Position numbers and translations under genes: made by a program. Shown piece by piece: positions 1 through 13,170 of a DNA stretch of 64,000 nt. The notes beneath the pieces are model-generated. The model was not told the origin of the DNA. It saw nothing but the letters and a program-made list of their open reading frames with translations, and did not search any database. The number at the start of each line of letters is the position of its first letter. The first letter of the stretch is position 1. Origin of the DNA: Mytilus californianus (Eukaryota); contig NW_026262712.1 in NCBI RefSeq assembly GCF_021869535.1, forward strand, positions 76,198,001 to 76,262,000, written 5' to 3'.

Positions 1-408
1 GTCATAAGCTGACAAGTAGATTTTAACCTTCATCTGTATTGAACTGGCAAACATAATCTTCATCATATTTCTATATTCTTTATTCGCACTTGTACTTTAT
101 TCGCACTTGTACTTGTATATCACAGATACATGTTTGACCCCTGTACCGAGAGATCAACGAGATATTTCCACTGGAGACCACTGAATTTTCAAATAGTTAA
201 AATTTTTATTCAAATTACATTTTTTTAATAGCTTTATTTTTCCTTTTTTAAGATGAAGAAAACCAATTGCTCAAATTTTGATATATAAAAAAAGAAGATT
301 GTGTATGATTGACAACTATATACTAGAGACCATATGACGTAGAAGTAAGCAATTATATGACACCGTACGGCCTTCAACAATGAGAAAACCCTAAGCCTTG
401 ATTTGTAG

Positions 409-668
409 TTCCTGAGAAAAATGCGACCAAAATCTTATACACGGCCATTTTGTGTAAGGACATATAAGTATTCGGTAAACAGAAAGTTGACGTGCGTTGA
501 ATCTGAAGAAAACATCACACAGTATAGCAATGCTCACATGAAACTTGATACAAAATTCAATAAAGCTTTGATTTGTAGTATGACGACCGGACGGACAAAC
601 GAATAACGGACATACGAAAACCAGTATACACCTTTCCTTTCGGAGCGATAGCTAGCGGGGTATATTAA
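409..668. mobile_element. Helentron/HINE-like element nested in a family A copy
   Basis: Repeated ttgatttgtagt core, (GGAC)n-like tract, terminal hairpin-like GC-rich stretch; family A resumes afterwards. Class assigned by structure only. Confidence 0.5.
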
Positions 669-1168
669 TAAAAATAAAACCAAGTCATACAGACAGCAAC
701 AATCACCAACCATTAAATTACAGTCTCTTGACTTGGAACGGACACAAAAGATGTGACAGGGTTAAGTAAACCCTCCCTTAACCTGGGACAGTGGTGTAAC
801 AGCACAATTAAAACAACCCGTAAACATCGGTTGGAAAAGGCTTGAGTCATCATATTGGCACGAAGCATAAAAAACAACTAGCAAAAGAAAACCATAGAGT
901 ACAGATCTAAGCTAAGAGTAAGCACTGTTACTGAAAGCTAGAACAAACCAATTACCATTAACAAATAAATCGTCTTCTTTCAGACTAGTTGTTTCCTTTA
1001 TCTACTTTTTATTTTAGAACTAAATGGTTGACATTTATTTACATTGTTGTATGCAATGCTGAATATAAAAAGATTTTTGTTTATTATTGTACACCATCAA
1101 ATGGTTATTCAACTATATATATATATATATGACAATAGTTTGATAAAAGAATAAAAATATGTACTCAC

Positions 1169-1282
1169 TGTAAACATCATATCGCCTTTAACTTCCCGAG
1201 TAACTGTGAATGGCTTATAACCCATCATTTCATTTTTCTCAACGACCACACATTTGCTGTCTGATTCAAATGTTACCATAAG
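1169..1282 (-). CDS. FABP: FABP copy D exon 3 (38 codons)
   Basis: ttgaag|CTTATGGTA...TTTACA|gtgagt; LMVTFESDSKCVVVEKNEMMGYKPFTVTREVKGDMMFT. Confidence 0.88.
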
Positions 1283-4200
1283 CTTCAAGACAATATTTTT
1301 AATTGATTGTTGGTTGCTTAATGTCCAGTGTCAAATAGTTCATGCAGGCCAGGACGAACAAGAAATTTGATTAAAAGTATCTTAAAGTATTTCGACTTAA
1401 TTATTATAACTTGTTTCTTTTATTATGCGTATAATTTATAGTACGTTGTTCTTATTTAACTGGCTATTAAATATTGTTTATCCTTAAACATGTAAAGAGA
1501 GATATGCATTTTCTCTATCACTAAATTTTTCCCTCTCATCATAAAGTCATTCAACATTTAAACATGTCATTTTCTTTTCATACCTTCAGCACATCGTCAA
1601 AGTAACCTGTCGTCTCCAGTTCTTTCCCAGGTTGGAATTTGAATGTTTTCGTTGGTAAACCACTGTATGACATCTTTAAGATCCAGTAATCTCCGTCTTG
1701 TTCATATTCCAAAACTGATGTTGCGTCCCTGTGTTTGTCTTTCATATCATCAGGTATACCTATATGTAGAAGATTTTTTTTTATTTCGTTATTTATTTCA
1801 TGTTCTGCATGTCATCTTAATGGGTGTACAGAGTACGTGTAGAACTTAAAACGTTTCAACTTACATATTTTTTTTAACTTTAATACGTCATTTTCCGTGT
1901 ATTCAAATGATAATAAAAGTAGTCATTTAAAACAAGGCACTTTGATATTCCGCTCGCTACACTGGTGTAATATAGTAATACCTTAAAGGATAATAGAAAT
2001 CCCCAAAAGACAGTACAACAGAAAACATCCACTACAGAAAAAAACCAGACGAGCAAACAAGACAAACAGGAACGTACTGAACTTGGTCCAGGAAGACTGA
2101 CTTAGTACAGGCACAAACTGTGGTTAATTTAAACCAGTTTTTCGTCCGAACAAACCTCCCGCTTCCCCTATCTTTAGCGTATGTTGTAAAACTATACCTA
2201 TAACACACAATAAGAAAAAAAATAACAGTACAGCTACCAACAGGATGGGCACTAACTTGAACGGGAAATAAATATATATCATATTGTGGAATGAAATGTT
2301 AACTGTTTGCAATGGATACTGCCACGCAAAGAACTCAAAAACAGCATTCCTATAACAGGTTTCATGAATTCTCATGACAGAGTTTAATTGAAATCGGCAG
2401 CATTTGTGAGAGGCAAGTAATTATTCCAAATCGTCAGATCATCGGAAGAAAAGACCATTGTTACATATCTCGCCTTTGACACTTGCTTTTTGAATATGTC
2501 AGAATTTTCCTCGAGTGATATTTATAAACTTGGAGTGAGAAATACTGTCATATATATGTTTTATTTTTTTACGAGAAACATTTTATTTAAAGATATTACT
2601 ATGCTGTTAAAGACGTCAAAGTTTTTTTCAAACTAAAATGGGTTTCCTGTAAAAGTAACTTTTGTGTTAATGCAAGGTTACGTTCATTAACGTCCGCTTT
2701 CTTAAAACATTTCGAAATGTACACGCCATAGGGTGCAAGAAGATGAATATCCGGGTCCAAAAAAAAAGGAAGTTACAGATGGCAAAGTTCAAATTATCCC
2801 TTTGGTCGTATATTTTAGTTTCAATTTTTCCTCTTTGTAAAAATATATATATCTGAAAATTGAAAATATTGACTGTTATAATTATTTTGGCTGTATCAAG
2901 CTAGATTAGTCTAAGAGTTCTTTTGGATACATGCATTAACATTCAGCATGTTGAATAAACTTCAGAGTATCAGCGATATAAGAACATCATCAAGATAAAC
3001 TGCCGAAGCAAAGTCGTCGGCTCTCCAAACCTACCTGAAGTCCTGCGTTTTTATGAATTTATGAGCTCCGGTCCTTGCTTGGAAGTTGCATTTAGATATC
3101 TGCTATCATTGTTAAATGTCGATTATATAAAATAAGGAGGTGTGGTGTGATTGCTAACGAGACAACTATCGACCAGAGGCCATATATCGATAATGTAAAC
3201 TACTATTTGATACTGTTTGGCCTTCAACAATGAGCAAAACCCATACCATATAGTAAGCTATAAAAGGTCCATGCATGACAAAATGTTAAAAATTCTAAAG
3301 AGAAAACCAATGTCCTAAATTACTTTGTCATAGTTTTTAATTTTCCCTGCCTGAAGTTTTTCTTGAAAGAAGAATCATAATATTAAAAGAATAAACGTCA
3401 ACAACAAGAGGTGCATTAATAGATGTGCAGGAAGTACCAATAGGAATTCCATTAATTCGACTGGATATAAACTCTTGCCATAAAGAAAATATTATTAGTA
3501 AGACATTTTGAGACTTAATCCTGCCTGCGTTTGTCCAGGAAAATGCTTTTTATACAGTATCTTCTATAGCTAAGGAAAGACCGTTAATTAGTACAAAAGA
3601 TGAATTAAAGACCTGATTGATCAAAACCCTTTTCAATTATTTAACCAAGTTTATTTTAATCAGATTATGTGGATTAATTCCGAAGACAAGTGTGTATAAA
3701 ATCATAGCTTTCAAAAGAACGAACTACACGATCCATAGAATTTAGTCTATCAAAGACTGCAACGGAAATTCTAACTTCAAAAATAAATGACGACTGTGTT
3801 TTACTTGATTTTATTGCATTTATTATAAGTCGAAGATAAACTGACATCACCATATGGCATAAAACGAAAGACAAATAATATAAATAACAAGTCCTTAAAA
3901 CATTACATAGAAAACTAAATAATGAGCAACACGAACCCAACAAAGATAAGATTTGTAATGGTCGTGTGTACACTTGTCAGAAACTAATACAAATTAACAT
4001 TAATTCACCTGCTAGAAGCTGATAAAAAATGGGATGCATATGGTGTTGTGTGTATCTTAGCCAGTAGTTAGGAAGAACACTTTTGAATTTGACTTGACGC
4101 TTGAAGTTGGAACTATATTTTTAGTAAGCGGTTTTCTATAACTTTTTTTGATAAATAAATCAGAATAAAAAATCTTCACGTAAGATATCGATGTATAATT

Positions 4201-4832
4201 ACTTACAGACAATAATAATAACATGTGAGGTCATATATCAGAAACAATAACAAACTACGCTAAGGCGTAAGTTATTATATACCAATTAAATAACAAAAAA
4301 TCTTTGTCAAATTAAAGTAAAAAGGACTCTGGTTCATACAAGCTAGGTTACCTCTAGATTAACGAATAAGGACTTCAGATGATCATTGTGGTCTATTCAA
4401 CACACCGACTTACGGTGTACATCTATGTCATAAATGATATAATTTCCCATTCAAAATATAAGACAGTTCTTCCTCGAACATATTAACTTACAAAAACAAT
4501 TAAAAACCAAAACGCACGCTACTTTGTGCTAAGCATAATCCTTATTCGTAATTCAACGTATCGGAAAGGTAGGTGTCTGACAGATCCAAAAACACTCACG
4601 CGTTATACAACCTGTTGCCAAATATAAAGTCATTCTGTTCAGTAGTACAGATTGGAAGACTACCAGATTCACTGACTAGCGTAAACAATAGAAGATGTTA
4701 ACGGCCGAACAATAGGTGCAAATAATCTAGCTGATCAATATATATGAAATTCTTACCCGCTGCTCTACAAAATTCATCATAATTTTTTATTGAATTTCCA
4801 TCTTCTATCCATTTTCCTAAAAATTGAGCCAT
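1169..4832 (-). CDS. FABP: FABP/iLBP-like gene, copy D (3'-partial): join(4832..4757,1759..1584,1282..1169); exon 4 not found in window
   Basis: Manual splicing gives MAQFLGKWIEDGNSIKNYDEFCRAAG-IPDDMKDKHRDATSVLEYEQDGDYWILKMSYSGLPTKTFKFQPGKELETTGYFDDVLK-LMVTFESDSKCVVVEKNEMMGYKPFTVTREVKGDMMFT. All junctions are GT-AG. Exon sizes 76/176/114 match the paralogs. N-terminal F-x-G-K-W calycin/FABP motif present. Confidence 0.86.
1584..1759 (-). CDS. FABP: FABP copy D exon 2 (176 nt, phase 1 to 0)
   Basis: catatag|GTATACCT...CTGAAG|gtatga; open frame homologous to exon 2 of A/B/C. Confidence 0.9.
4757..4832 (-). CDS. FABP: FABP copy D exon 1 (76 nt)
   Basis: ATGGCTCAATTTTTAGGAAAATGG...GCAGCGG|gtaaga; MAQFLGKWIEDGNSIKNYDEFCRAA. 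Confidence 0.9.
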
Positions 4833-4895
4833 ATTTGAATTTTTTTTTTACTGTCCTAAATACACACTAACACTGCAAATTCTACAACAGTCAGC

Positions 4896-4923
4896 AATAA
4901 AACGTATTATTTAATGTAAATAT
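4896..4923 (-). promoter_or_regulatory. Conserved promoter-proximal block of FABP D
   Basis: 28 bp identical to 14500-14527 upstream of E; variants at 28943-28960 (A), 40052-40070 (B), 49195-49213 (C). Confidence 0.5.
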
Positions 4924-5130
4924 CGAGTGTTAACGAACTCTATGTGTATATAAATCTACCTATCTTGTCTGGTTAAAATTACCTATTGCCTCGATTTCAG
5001 TACACACAGTCATGCAGTTGTTATATGTAAACCTTTAAATGATTAAGAATTTTACTTGTTAATATATATCTGAGAAATATCTAAAGATGTGTAAAATACT
5101 GACAAATAGTATGTCTGCTATTTTAAACGA

Positions 5131-5309
5131 AGCATTTCGGATGACATGAAAAAATTTCGATGACAGAAGACAAATACGCAGTCATTCTTGATCGAAGCTG
5201 ACCTGAGACACATCGAATAAATGGAGCATTTCGGATGACATGAAACAATTTCGATGGCAGAAAACAAATAAGCAGTCATTCTTGATCGAAGCTGACCGGA
5301 GACACATCT
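5131..5309. repeat. 94-bp tandem duplication ~300 bp upstream of FABP D
   Basis: agcatttcggatgacatgaa...gagacacatc starts at 5131 and 5225. Confidence 0.9.
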
Positions 5310-6858
5310 AAAATACAGCTATTCTTATGTTATGAAATCAAAATTTTCGAAAAATAAACAAGTATATCCTGATTTAAAGTTATAATCATTTCATCACCCA
5401 CAGAAATTGTCCGTTTTGAACTCAAATTTCAACTGACTTCGCTAATTCAAAAGTGACGTTAAGCGCGTGTCTATAAAAGATCCGCATATTAAGAAGATGT
5501 GGTATGATTGCCATTGAGACAACTCTGCATCAGACATCAAATGACGTAGAAAAATTATAGGTCACCGTACAACCTTCAACAACGAGCAAAACCCATGCCG
5601 CATTGTAAGCTATAAAAGGCCCCGAAATGAAAAAAAATGTAAAACAATTCAAGCAAGAAAACTAATGACCGGATTTATGTACAAAACAATAAACTAAACG
5701 AAAAGCAGATATGATATACAACAACAAACGACAACAACTGACTTGTGACAGGCACTGCCACATACAGAATGTGGCGAAGTTACAAAAAAATGGAAGCGCG
5801 TGTCTAGTTCGGTTTTTTAGAACAGTCAAATTAGGAATTCATTTTAGACTACGTGACGAAAGACTAAAATCATCAACCTGTCCTGATTGCCGGAAATTGA
5901 TATTATTTAACGTGAGCAAAAGGGTAACAGCAATAATTTTACTGAAACAAAGAGTTCAAAGTTACTAAAGCGACGATCAAAATCCATAAGTCAAAGAGAA
6001 ACCGACACCACTAAGGAAAAAAGTCGAAAACGATGAAAAGACAAAATCAGTCAACAAAACACTTCACGAAGAACAGTAGACTGGGTAACAAGAACCCCAC
6101 AAAAACAGGGATGATCTCTTGTGCTCCGGATAGGTACGCATATCCTGTTCCATATGTGGCACCAAGTTTACCTTTATACAATACATTTAATAATCTTAAA
6201 ATATATAAATTTCGAAGATAACAAGTGAACAAGTATGATTTTGACCAAAAGATTGTTCTAAAAAGTATTATTTCAAACCTAGCTTTTTACCTGTCTGTAG
6301 TAATATATTAAATGTCTTTTAGGTGTTCATTGTATATCTTAAATGGTTTACACACTGTATTTCTAACGATTTAGAGCTTGACATATTGCACAGATATTTT
6401 TTAATTGTAAAAGACCGTTTGTTGACCTTCTTGGCTTTCTATGTCTTGTGTGGGGAGTTTGTCGTTTCTTTCGGTTGCTATCTAATACTTAATATAATAT
6501 CCTTTTATTCATTTTAAAAAAAAGTTAGAAAGACAGCCAACACAATTACTGATAAAAGATCGAAAAGACAAATAGAGACATCGCATACCTTAATTCTTAT
6601 ATATAGAAAAGAATCACAAAGATACTTTTATATCTTTTTGAATTCAACAAAACATTTTTGAATTTGCAAATCTATATCGTTATATCTATATCCATACTCC
6701 AACAATCGGGACAACTCCAACAACCGGGACATACACCTAGAAAAGGAATTAAAGATAAAGGTGTTAGTTTTATGACAAAAAAAAAATCCTCACGTAATCA
6801 CCTAACTCCAAAAAAGAAATTTTTTCCAATACAATAAAACTAAAATTCCACTGCCATT

Positions 6859-6915
6859 TCAACCTCTTTTAAACTCTAGAGTCATTTTCACACCACCACC
6901 TTCAAGTTCAACAGT
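6859..6915 (-). pseudogene. FABP: FABP copy E exon 4 (intact 57 nt)
   Basis: ttttttgtag|ACTGTTGAACTTGAAGGTGGTGGTGTGAAAATGACTCTAGAGTTTAAAAGAGGTTGA. Confidence 0.8.
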
Positions 6916-8288
6916 CTACAAAAAAATACAGACGTCACAATAACATCTCTAACAATGCTCTTTACATAAAGTAACATCTAGTTTTACCAGCTCTACAAAA
7001 AAACAAACTCAGCTGAGATGTTCGTCAATATAATATAAACATATTCCTATACTAGTAACGTCGACTAAAAAGTAAACATCTCCATTTTATCTTTTAAAAA
7101 ATTAATACAAAATTATGGATGATTTGGTTTATTTATATGGATGTGTATTTAAAAATATGCTTTGATGTTTTAAACATGTGTTTTATAGTTTTTGAGATAT
7201 CAACACTTTGTACCTGTCTAGACAGTTCCTATCAAAAAGCAATATTCATACAATATCAGCTACGAGTTATAAATTGAATCTTAATTAAGCGAGTAGCCCA
7301 AAACCCTTTATATTGCATCCAGCTGTTTGTATCTTCTATTTTTTGAAAATTGTATCATCGATTTATCGGTGTGTATTACTTTTTATGTTGTTTTCATGTT
7401 CGAATGAAAGGTTTTCCTTTGTTTAAAGCTATAACAGCACAATGACGTGAAGATTAAGTTAACCTTGAGTAACAGCATGTTTATGCATGATTTTAGAATT
7501 GGTTGAAGTTCTTAAGGCTGAGTCAAATCAATATCACGCTTACAAGTCGTGATATGGGACTTAAGCATATGAGCCAGGTTATACAGGTGCAGGAAAGATC
7601 GATAAAAATCTAATAATTATTTTACCAATTTTGAAAGTACTATTTCAACTATTTTTATATTTCGAAAATGTTTATTATGGGTAATCACTAAGTCTTGTAG
7701 TCCGGATTGGTTTTCTCCACATCCATTGTGCTTTCAAAGGCATTACTATGTAGTTCAATGATTGATTACTATTTGTACTAGCCGTTCAACTGATTACATT
7801 TTTAATGAGTATTTCAGAGTTTGTCCTTCTTTGTGATAGTTGGAACCCATGGGTTTGTTTAAAGATATTATTTTTCATTTGTTGTGTTGTCTTTTGTTGG
7901 CTGCTATTATGTTGCTATAAATTAAAATTAAAATGTCTATCAAACAAGAAGAAAACCGTTTTTTGTCATTTAATTCCTCTCTGGCATTGATATTTTAATC
8001 AATGAAGACTTAGTGTTCCGTAAACGAAAGTAACGAGGAGAGATTAAATTTTGTAAGTCGAAGCATGAATGATAATAAAAATCTTTATTACAGAGATATA
8101 CATACATATAGCGATGAAAACAAACTTATTTACAATAACACCATACACACGAACATACACACAAGCATACAACAATTATCAACATACACATATATCATTA
8201 GGTACAATAAATACAAAATGGGGGTTGTGTTATTGCCTAGAGAAGACATAAGTTATTTAGTTTGCGTATAAATCTACTGTAACAGTTT

Positions 8289-8585
8289 TTATAATTTAAA
8301 CTTGTTTGTAAAATTCATAATTTCTTTGAATTTCAAAATATTTGGTCTTTGCCACACATTTTCATCTATTAGGTTTTTCCTGTCAATTTCAAATGTTTTA
8401 CATTCCAGAATATAATGATATTCATCACCAATACCGTTATTATTACATTTCAAACATATTTTATTTTCCCTTTCTATACCATTCCACCGTCCTGTTTCTT
8501 TAGGTAGTCTATGATTTGTGGTTCTGAACTTACAAAGCGTATAAATTTTGGTGAATTTAACATCAATGAATGCAATTCCTGTCAA
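8289..8585 (-). mobile_element. 5'-truncated non-LTR retrotransposon (CR1/L2-like) ORF2 C-terminal fragment
   Basis: FRTTNHRLPKETGRW...ICLKC...IGDEYHYILEC: post-RT Cys/His domain typical of CR1/L2-clade LINEs. Confidence 0.8.
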
Positions 8586-8859
8586 AATTGATCATGTGGG
8601 CGCATCTTTATCGAAGAAATAAGCCAATCTGAGCTAGGATTTTTTGTTATTTTTTGTTTTGATAATTTGTTTTTATTTATTTATATTTTTTTGGGGCGGG
8701 GGGTAAACCCTCAAGTAATATATTAATAACTGATAAATGACTTTTAAAAAAGTCTCTTTTTATAATAATTGAAATGATGTTTCTCCATGCCTTCATTTCC
8801 TGTTTCGACTGTTACATTGTATCATAAACTCATCATAGATACCAGGATTAAAATTTTGT

Positions 8860-8903
8860 ACGCCAGACGCGCGTTTCGTCTACAAAAGACTCATCAGTGA
8901 CGC
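8860..8903 (-). ncRNA. Minimal type I hammerhead ribozyme motif (in a retrozyme/Penelope-like repeat, ~8826-8970)
   Basis: GCGUCA-CUGAUGA-GUCU(uuugu)AGAC-GAAA-C(gcgc)GUC-UGGCGU: full catalytic core, helix I, 4-bp helix II, 2-bp helix III with palindromic tetraloop, GUC cleavage triplet. Confidence 0.85.
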
Positions 8904-11060
8904 TCGAATAAAAAAAGTTAAAAAGGCCAATGAAGTTGAAGAGCATTGAGGACCCAAAATTCGAAAGGTTTTGACGTCATTAATGGAATTTAAGTAAATA
9001 AGACTTAAATTCAGTTATCGCTGGGGCCACTGACGGATTGTGTTTCATGTTTTAGATTTACCTAACATGAGTGACGTTATATTCTGTGACGTAATTTAGT
9101 CCTTTACAGAATTTCATCGCATCAAGCAAGCTGTTTAAATTTCGTTAGCGGTAAAATTGAAAAAATTGAAAAGTAATATCTTGTAATGGTAAAGTAGTGT
9201 TAGTATTGTATGGTTATAACCTGTCTCATGCTTCTAATGTTTATTAGAAGTAATCATAGAAAGAATTCATTTTATCGATCGTCATTTTTTAACCATTCCA
9301 TCAGGAATTTCATCGCCACGTGGAGAGCACATGCAAAGACTGAAAGAGATTGGTCCCATTATTCGTTTTCATTTTTAAAATAAATATTTAATTTTTACAA
9401 ATATGAGTAATTAGATGCAATATTGTCCTAAGATTTGCAGATTATAATAATGATTTCGTCATTGTATTCTAGATCAAATTAGATGCATGTATAGTCTGCC
9501 TGATACCGATAGGTACTCATATATATATATATATGACGACGAGTTTAATTATTATTTTTTTTTTAATATTACTTTTTGTCCATATATTATTACTATTGAA
9601 ATTGAGTATTGACAGATCGTCTAGTGCCTATGGTTTAGCTTAACAAATTGTATTTATGCTGTAACACTAACAGATCATCCAGGTTAATATATCCCGAATT
9701 ATAATTAAATTTTCCTTATAAGGGTATACATCGGGAATGTGTACCTAGATCTTTCATAGCACATATTGATATACAGCAAATATTCCATGAAAGGATATGA
9801 ACGTACAAAGGTGCAAAGGGACGTACCCTTTGGGGCGAAAGGTCCAAGGTTCGTAACCGGAAGTTCAACTTTCGATACAAATAAACAAAAATCTTGGAAA
9901 TCTTGCACAGAGACCCTGCACGGAGTTACAAGCAGAAGCCAACAATCGTCATGTCTAAATGTTAGCTTGCTGGTGGAGTTTAGCATACATATATCATTAT
10001 ATGTATATATCCGAGTTTTCCGTGAAATAAATAGCAAATTAAGACGTATTTTTTATTGACTGCCTTCATTTTTTTATACGAAAATAACAAAATCGGCCGC
10101 CATATTGTTGATCGTATTTACATCTTCTACGTACTGTTTATTATCCTCCAAAGAAGGAGCACACCCAAATAAAGAAAGATTACTCAATCTTATTTTTTCC
10201 TAGCATTGAGTAACCTACTAAGATATTATAAAATATGTCTTCATACTTCTGGCTTTAGAATTTATATGTTTAGGTGTTTTGAGTTATGGGAAAAGTTAAA
10301 GAGGGTTTTAGTAGCAGGGTTGGTAGGGTGCCTTGGTCATCTTTTTCTGTATTTTTTATTTCAATCCAAATTTTCACTGTTCACTACTAACATTGTGCAT
10401 TTACAGCTGGTTTGTGTTGTATTGCCATTAAGCACAGAAAAGGTAGAAAGGTGAAACTTGTAAAGTGTGTCAGACCATAGAAACAGAATGAAGCAGGACA
10501 TTTTTCAAAAAATACTGCATATAAAGCTTAACTGTGCCAAGCAATGATTTAAAACTTGTGTGACAAGCTGCTTGACAAGTTTTCAGCCTAAAAAGTAGAA
10601 AGATAGTTTTTCTCTGGGCTAATGATGTTGTTCTTGTATATATATAACCAGTGATTCAATGAACAAACAATGTTTGATTATAATCTTTATTAAAACACGC
10701 CCTTTTCATATTATCATATCACGCGTTAAATGCCCTTTTTCAGGATTGGCACCCTGCCCTTTTGAAATCCTAGCTGGAACACTGTATAATCCTGCTATAA
10801 ATTTTGCATGTACCTACACACTTGTTACTGAAAACTGTCAGTGTCGAGTCTGTCAACATCAGTCATCACAGTGACATGTATAGTTGCTACTACTCTCTAG
10901 CCTAGACTAGGTCGATATGGTATGAGTAGTTCAGATAAATCACAAATTTAGACATAATGTCATCAACAGGCCACAGCTTGAATTATTGTAATAACATAAT
11001 TATATACAAATATTACACTATGTCACTATCAACTGACTGTGGATTTAAGAATTAATAAAT

Positions 11061-11230
11061 AAAAGAGGGACGAAAGATACCAGAGGGACAGTCAAACTCA
11101 TAGATCGAAAACAAACTGACAACGCCATGGCCAAAAATAAAAAGACAAACAGACAAATAATAGTACAGATGACACAACATAGAAAACCAAAGACTAAGCA
11201 ACACGAACCCCACAAAAAACTGGGGGTGAT
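11061..11230 (-). mobile_element. Family B PLE 3'-terminal fragment (other short copies ~3830-3950, ~5960-6170, ~12498-12725, ~42420-42570; opposite strand ~17900-18020, ~26805-26995)
   Basis: aaagagggacgaaagataccagagggacagtcaaactcatagatcgaaaacaaactgacaacgccatggc shared among copies. Confidence 0.75.
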
Positions 11231-12186
11231 ACTAATTTTAAATTATTTTTTTTTAAATTATTGTAACTATCATAAGACACAACTATGAGTATACATAATA
11301 TTTTTATTGTTATTGTTTCTTTGTACAGTCATTTGATTTTGTTATGTCAATGCTATGTAGCATGGTGGAACTAATATTTACCTTTTGTTGAGTTGTAGCA
11401 CATGTTGGGAAGATCAGTTATAAAGCGAAAAGTGCGACCTTGCTTGGCTACAGAACACCACAAGGTTTATAACAATTGGACCAGAGACATAGACAACAAT
11501 CAGACAATGACGTGCACAGTTTTTACAGATGGGTCACCAGACTGGACTGGATTCACGACTCATCACGCCACTAACTCAACTCCTTTAGGTCACATATACA
11601 TTTGTACATCGGATCATCATCAGACGTCATTTATGCAAACCCCCAGAGCTCTGCATCAGTATGTTCCATTTGATAATTTACCAGGTAATCGTCAGATTTA
11701 CAAAAACAGTATATTACTTTTAAGTTAAACCCCTACGTGTACATGTGATTCTAACAAATAACAAACATATGTATAAAGATATAAGGCAACTTTTTTCCAA
11801 TCTTATGGTTTAGATGTAGATTTGTGTAATGATTATTTCTCAGTTTCTAAACTTAAATCCACAAAATATTGCTGAATGTGTTATTTTTATATGGGATGCC
11901 GCATCATTCGTTAGAAATAAGAAACAATTCTTAATTATAAGGTTACATTTTCATATATATCTATCTATCTATCTGCAAGGTTGCCATATTATCTTCGGGT
12001 AACCAACCATATATCTATCTACATATACATATACATCTATCTGTCTATATATATATATATATATATCATATGAATCTATATTATGAATAAAAGCTGTGGC
12101 CAGATATCGCCAAACCATATATGTATTTTGTTTTAATGGCACCATCTGAGATAACAATTGAAACATGTACTTTTTCATTTTGATAT

Positions 12187-12363
12187 CTTGATCTTATCAT
12201 CAAATAAGCCTGTTGTCTCTAGTTCTATTCCAGGCTGTAATTTAAAAGACTCTTTTGGTAAACCAGTGGTGGATATCTGCGTGATCTAGCTATCCCCATC
12301 CTGTTTGTAATTCAGAAACTGTTGTTGCGTCTTTATATTTTTCCGTCAAATCCTCCTGTATTT
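12187..12363 (-). pseudogene. FABP: FABP copy E exon 2 remnant
   Basis: EDLTEKYKDATTV/(fs)/YKQDGDS*ITQISTTGLPKESFKLQPGIELETTGLFDDKIK; closest to copy D exon 2. Confidence 0.85.
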
Positions 12364-12862
12364 AGTTTGACTGTTCTTGGTTATTTTCCTTCATTCAATT
12401 TACTTTAATTTCCCAAATCTAAACTTTAAAATGCACACAGAGTCAATTGTCCTCCTTTTCGGCACATAATGACAATACTATTTCTAAATTAAATGATAAA
12501 AGGGAAGCGAAAGATACGAAAGGGACATTCAACTCATAAGTCGAAAACAAACTGAGAACGCCATGACAAAACACGAAAAACGACCAAAAGACAAACAACA
12601 GTTTACAAAACACAACACAGAAAAATAAAGCTTGAACCAAACGAACCCCACCAAATTCAGGGGGTAATCTCAAGCACATGTGCTCCGAAAGGGTAAGCAG
12701 ATCCTGTCCCTTATGCGGCATTTTTAAAAGTACTTTATTTTCTACTACAGAAATGCATTGTAATGTAGTGCCATTAAAGTTATTGAAAATGCCAAAATAG
12801 AGAATTTCTCTCATTAAGAAGATTGTATGTATTTGTTGAATTGATGAACAAATATAATAATA

Positions 12863-13170
12863 GAGGGTCGTAATGGGGGTACCTTCATGACGAATCACGG
12901 TAAAAAATATTGCCAAATGACGGTTTACGGTAATTTTTGGTGCATGACGATAAAATGTTCATTTTCTTTAAGACGATAAAAAATCGACTGATTTTGACGA
13001 ATCACGTTAATTTTTTTCCAAATATAACGGTAACAATAACTGTTTGAGACCTCTGACGAATCACGATAAGGATATTTTGACGAATCACGGTAAAATTTTA
13101 ACCAATTTGACGCTAGCTGTAGCCGAAAATGACCGTTTGACGCTTGACGGTAAAGGGCATTCCTACCCTC
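12863..13170. mobile_element. MITE with GAGGGT...ACCCTC ends and 6-bp TSD
   Basis: TSD ATAATA on both sides; internal gacgaatcacg repeats. Confidence 0.75.

Noticed and set aside
1-200. Candidate exon 4 for FABP D (IMFASSIQMKVKIY or WKYLVDLSVQGSNMYL*)
   Set aside because: Poor acceptors and no match to the T-[MV]-x-L-[ED]-x-G pattern of the other exon 4 copies; the true exon is probably left of the window.
9825-9862. B-box-like ggttcgtaacc suggesting a tRNA
   Set aside because: No cloverleaf or A box could be built.
11402-11728. 108-aa ORF containing VFTDGS (RNase H-like first motif)
   Set aside because: No downstream RNase H acidic motifs or RT context recognised; a short motif can occur by chance. 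blastx would settle it.
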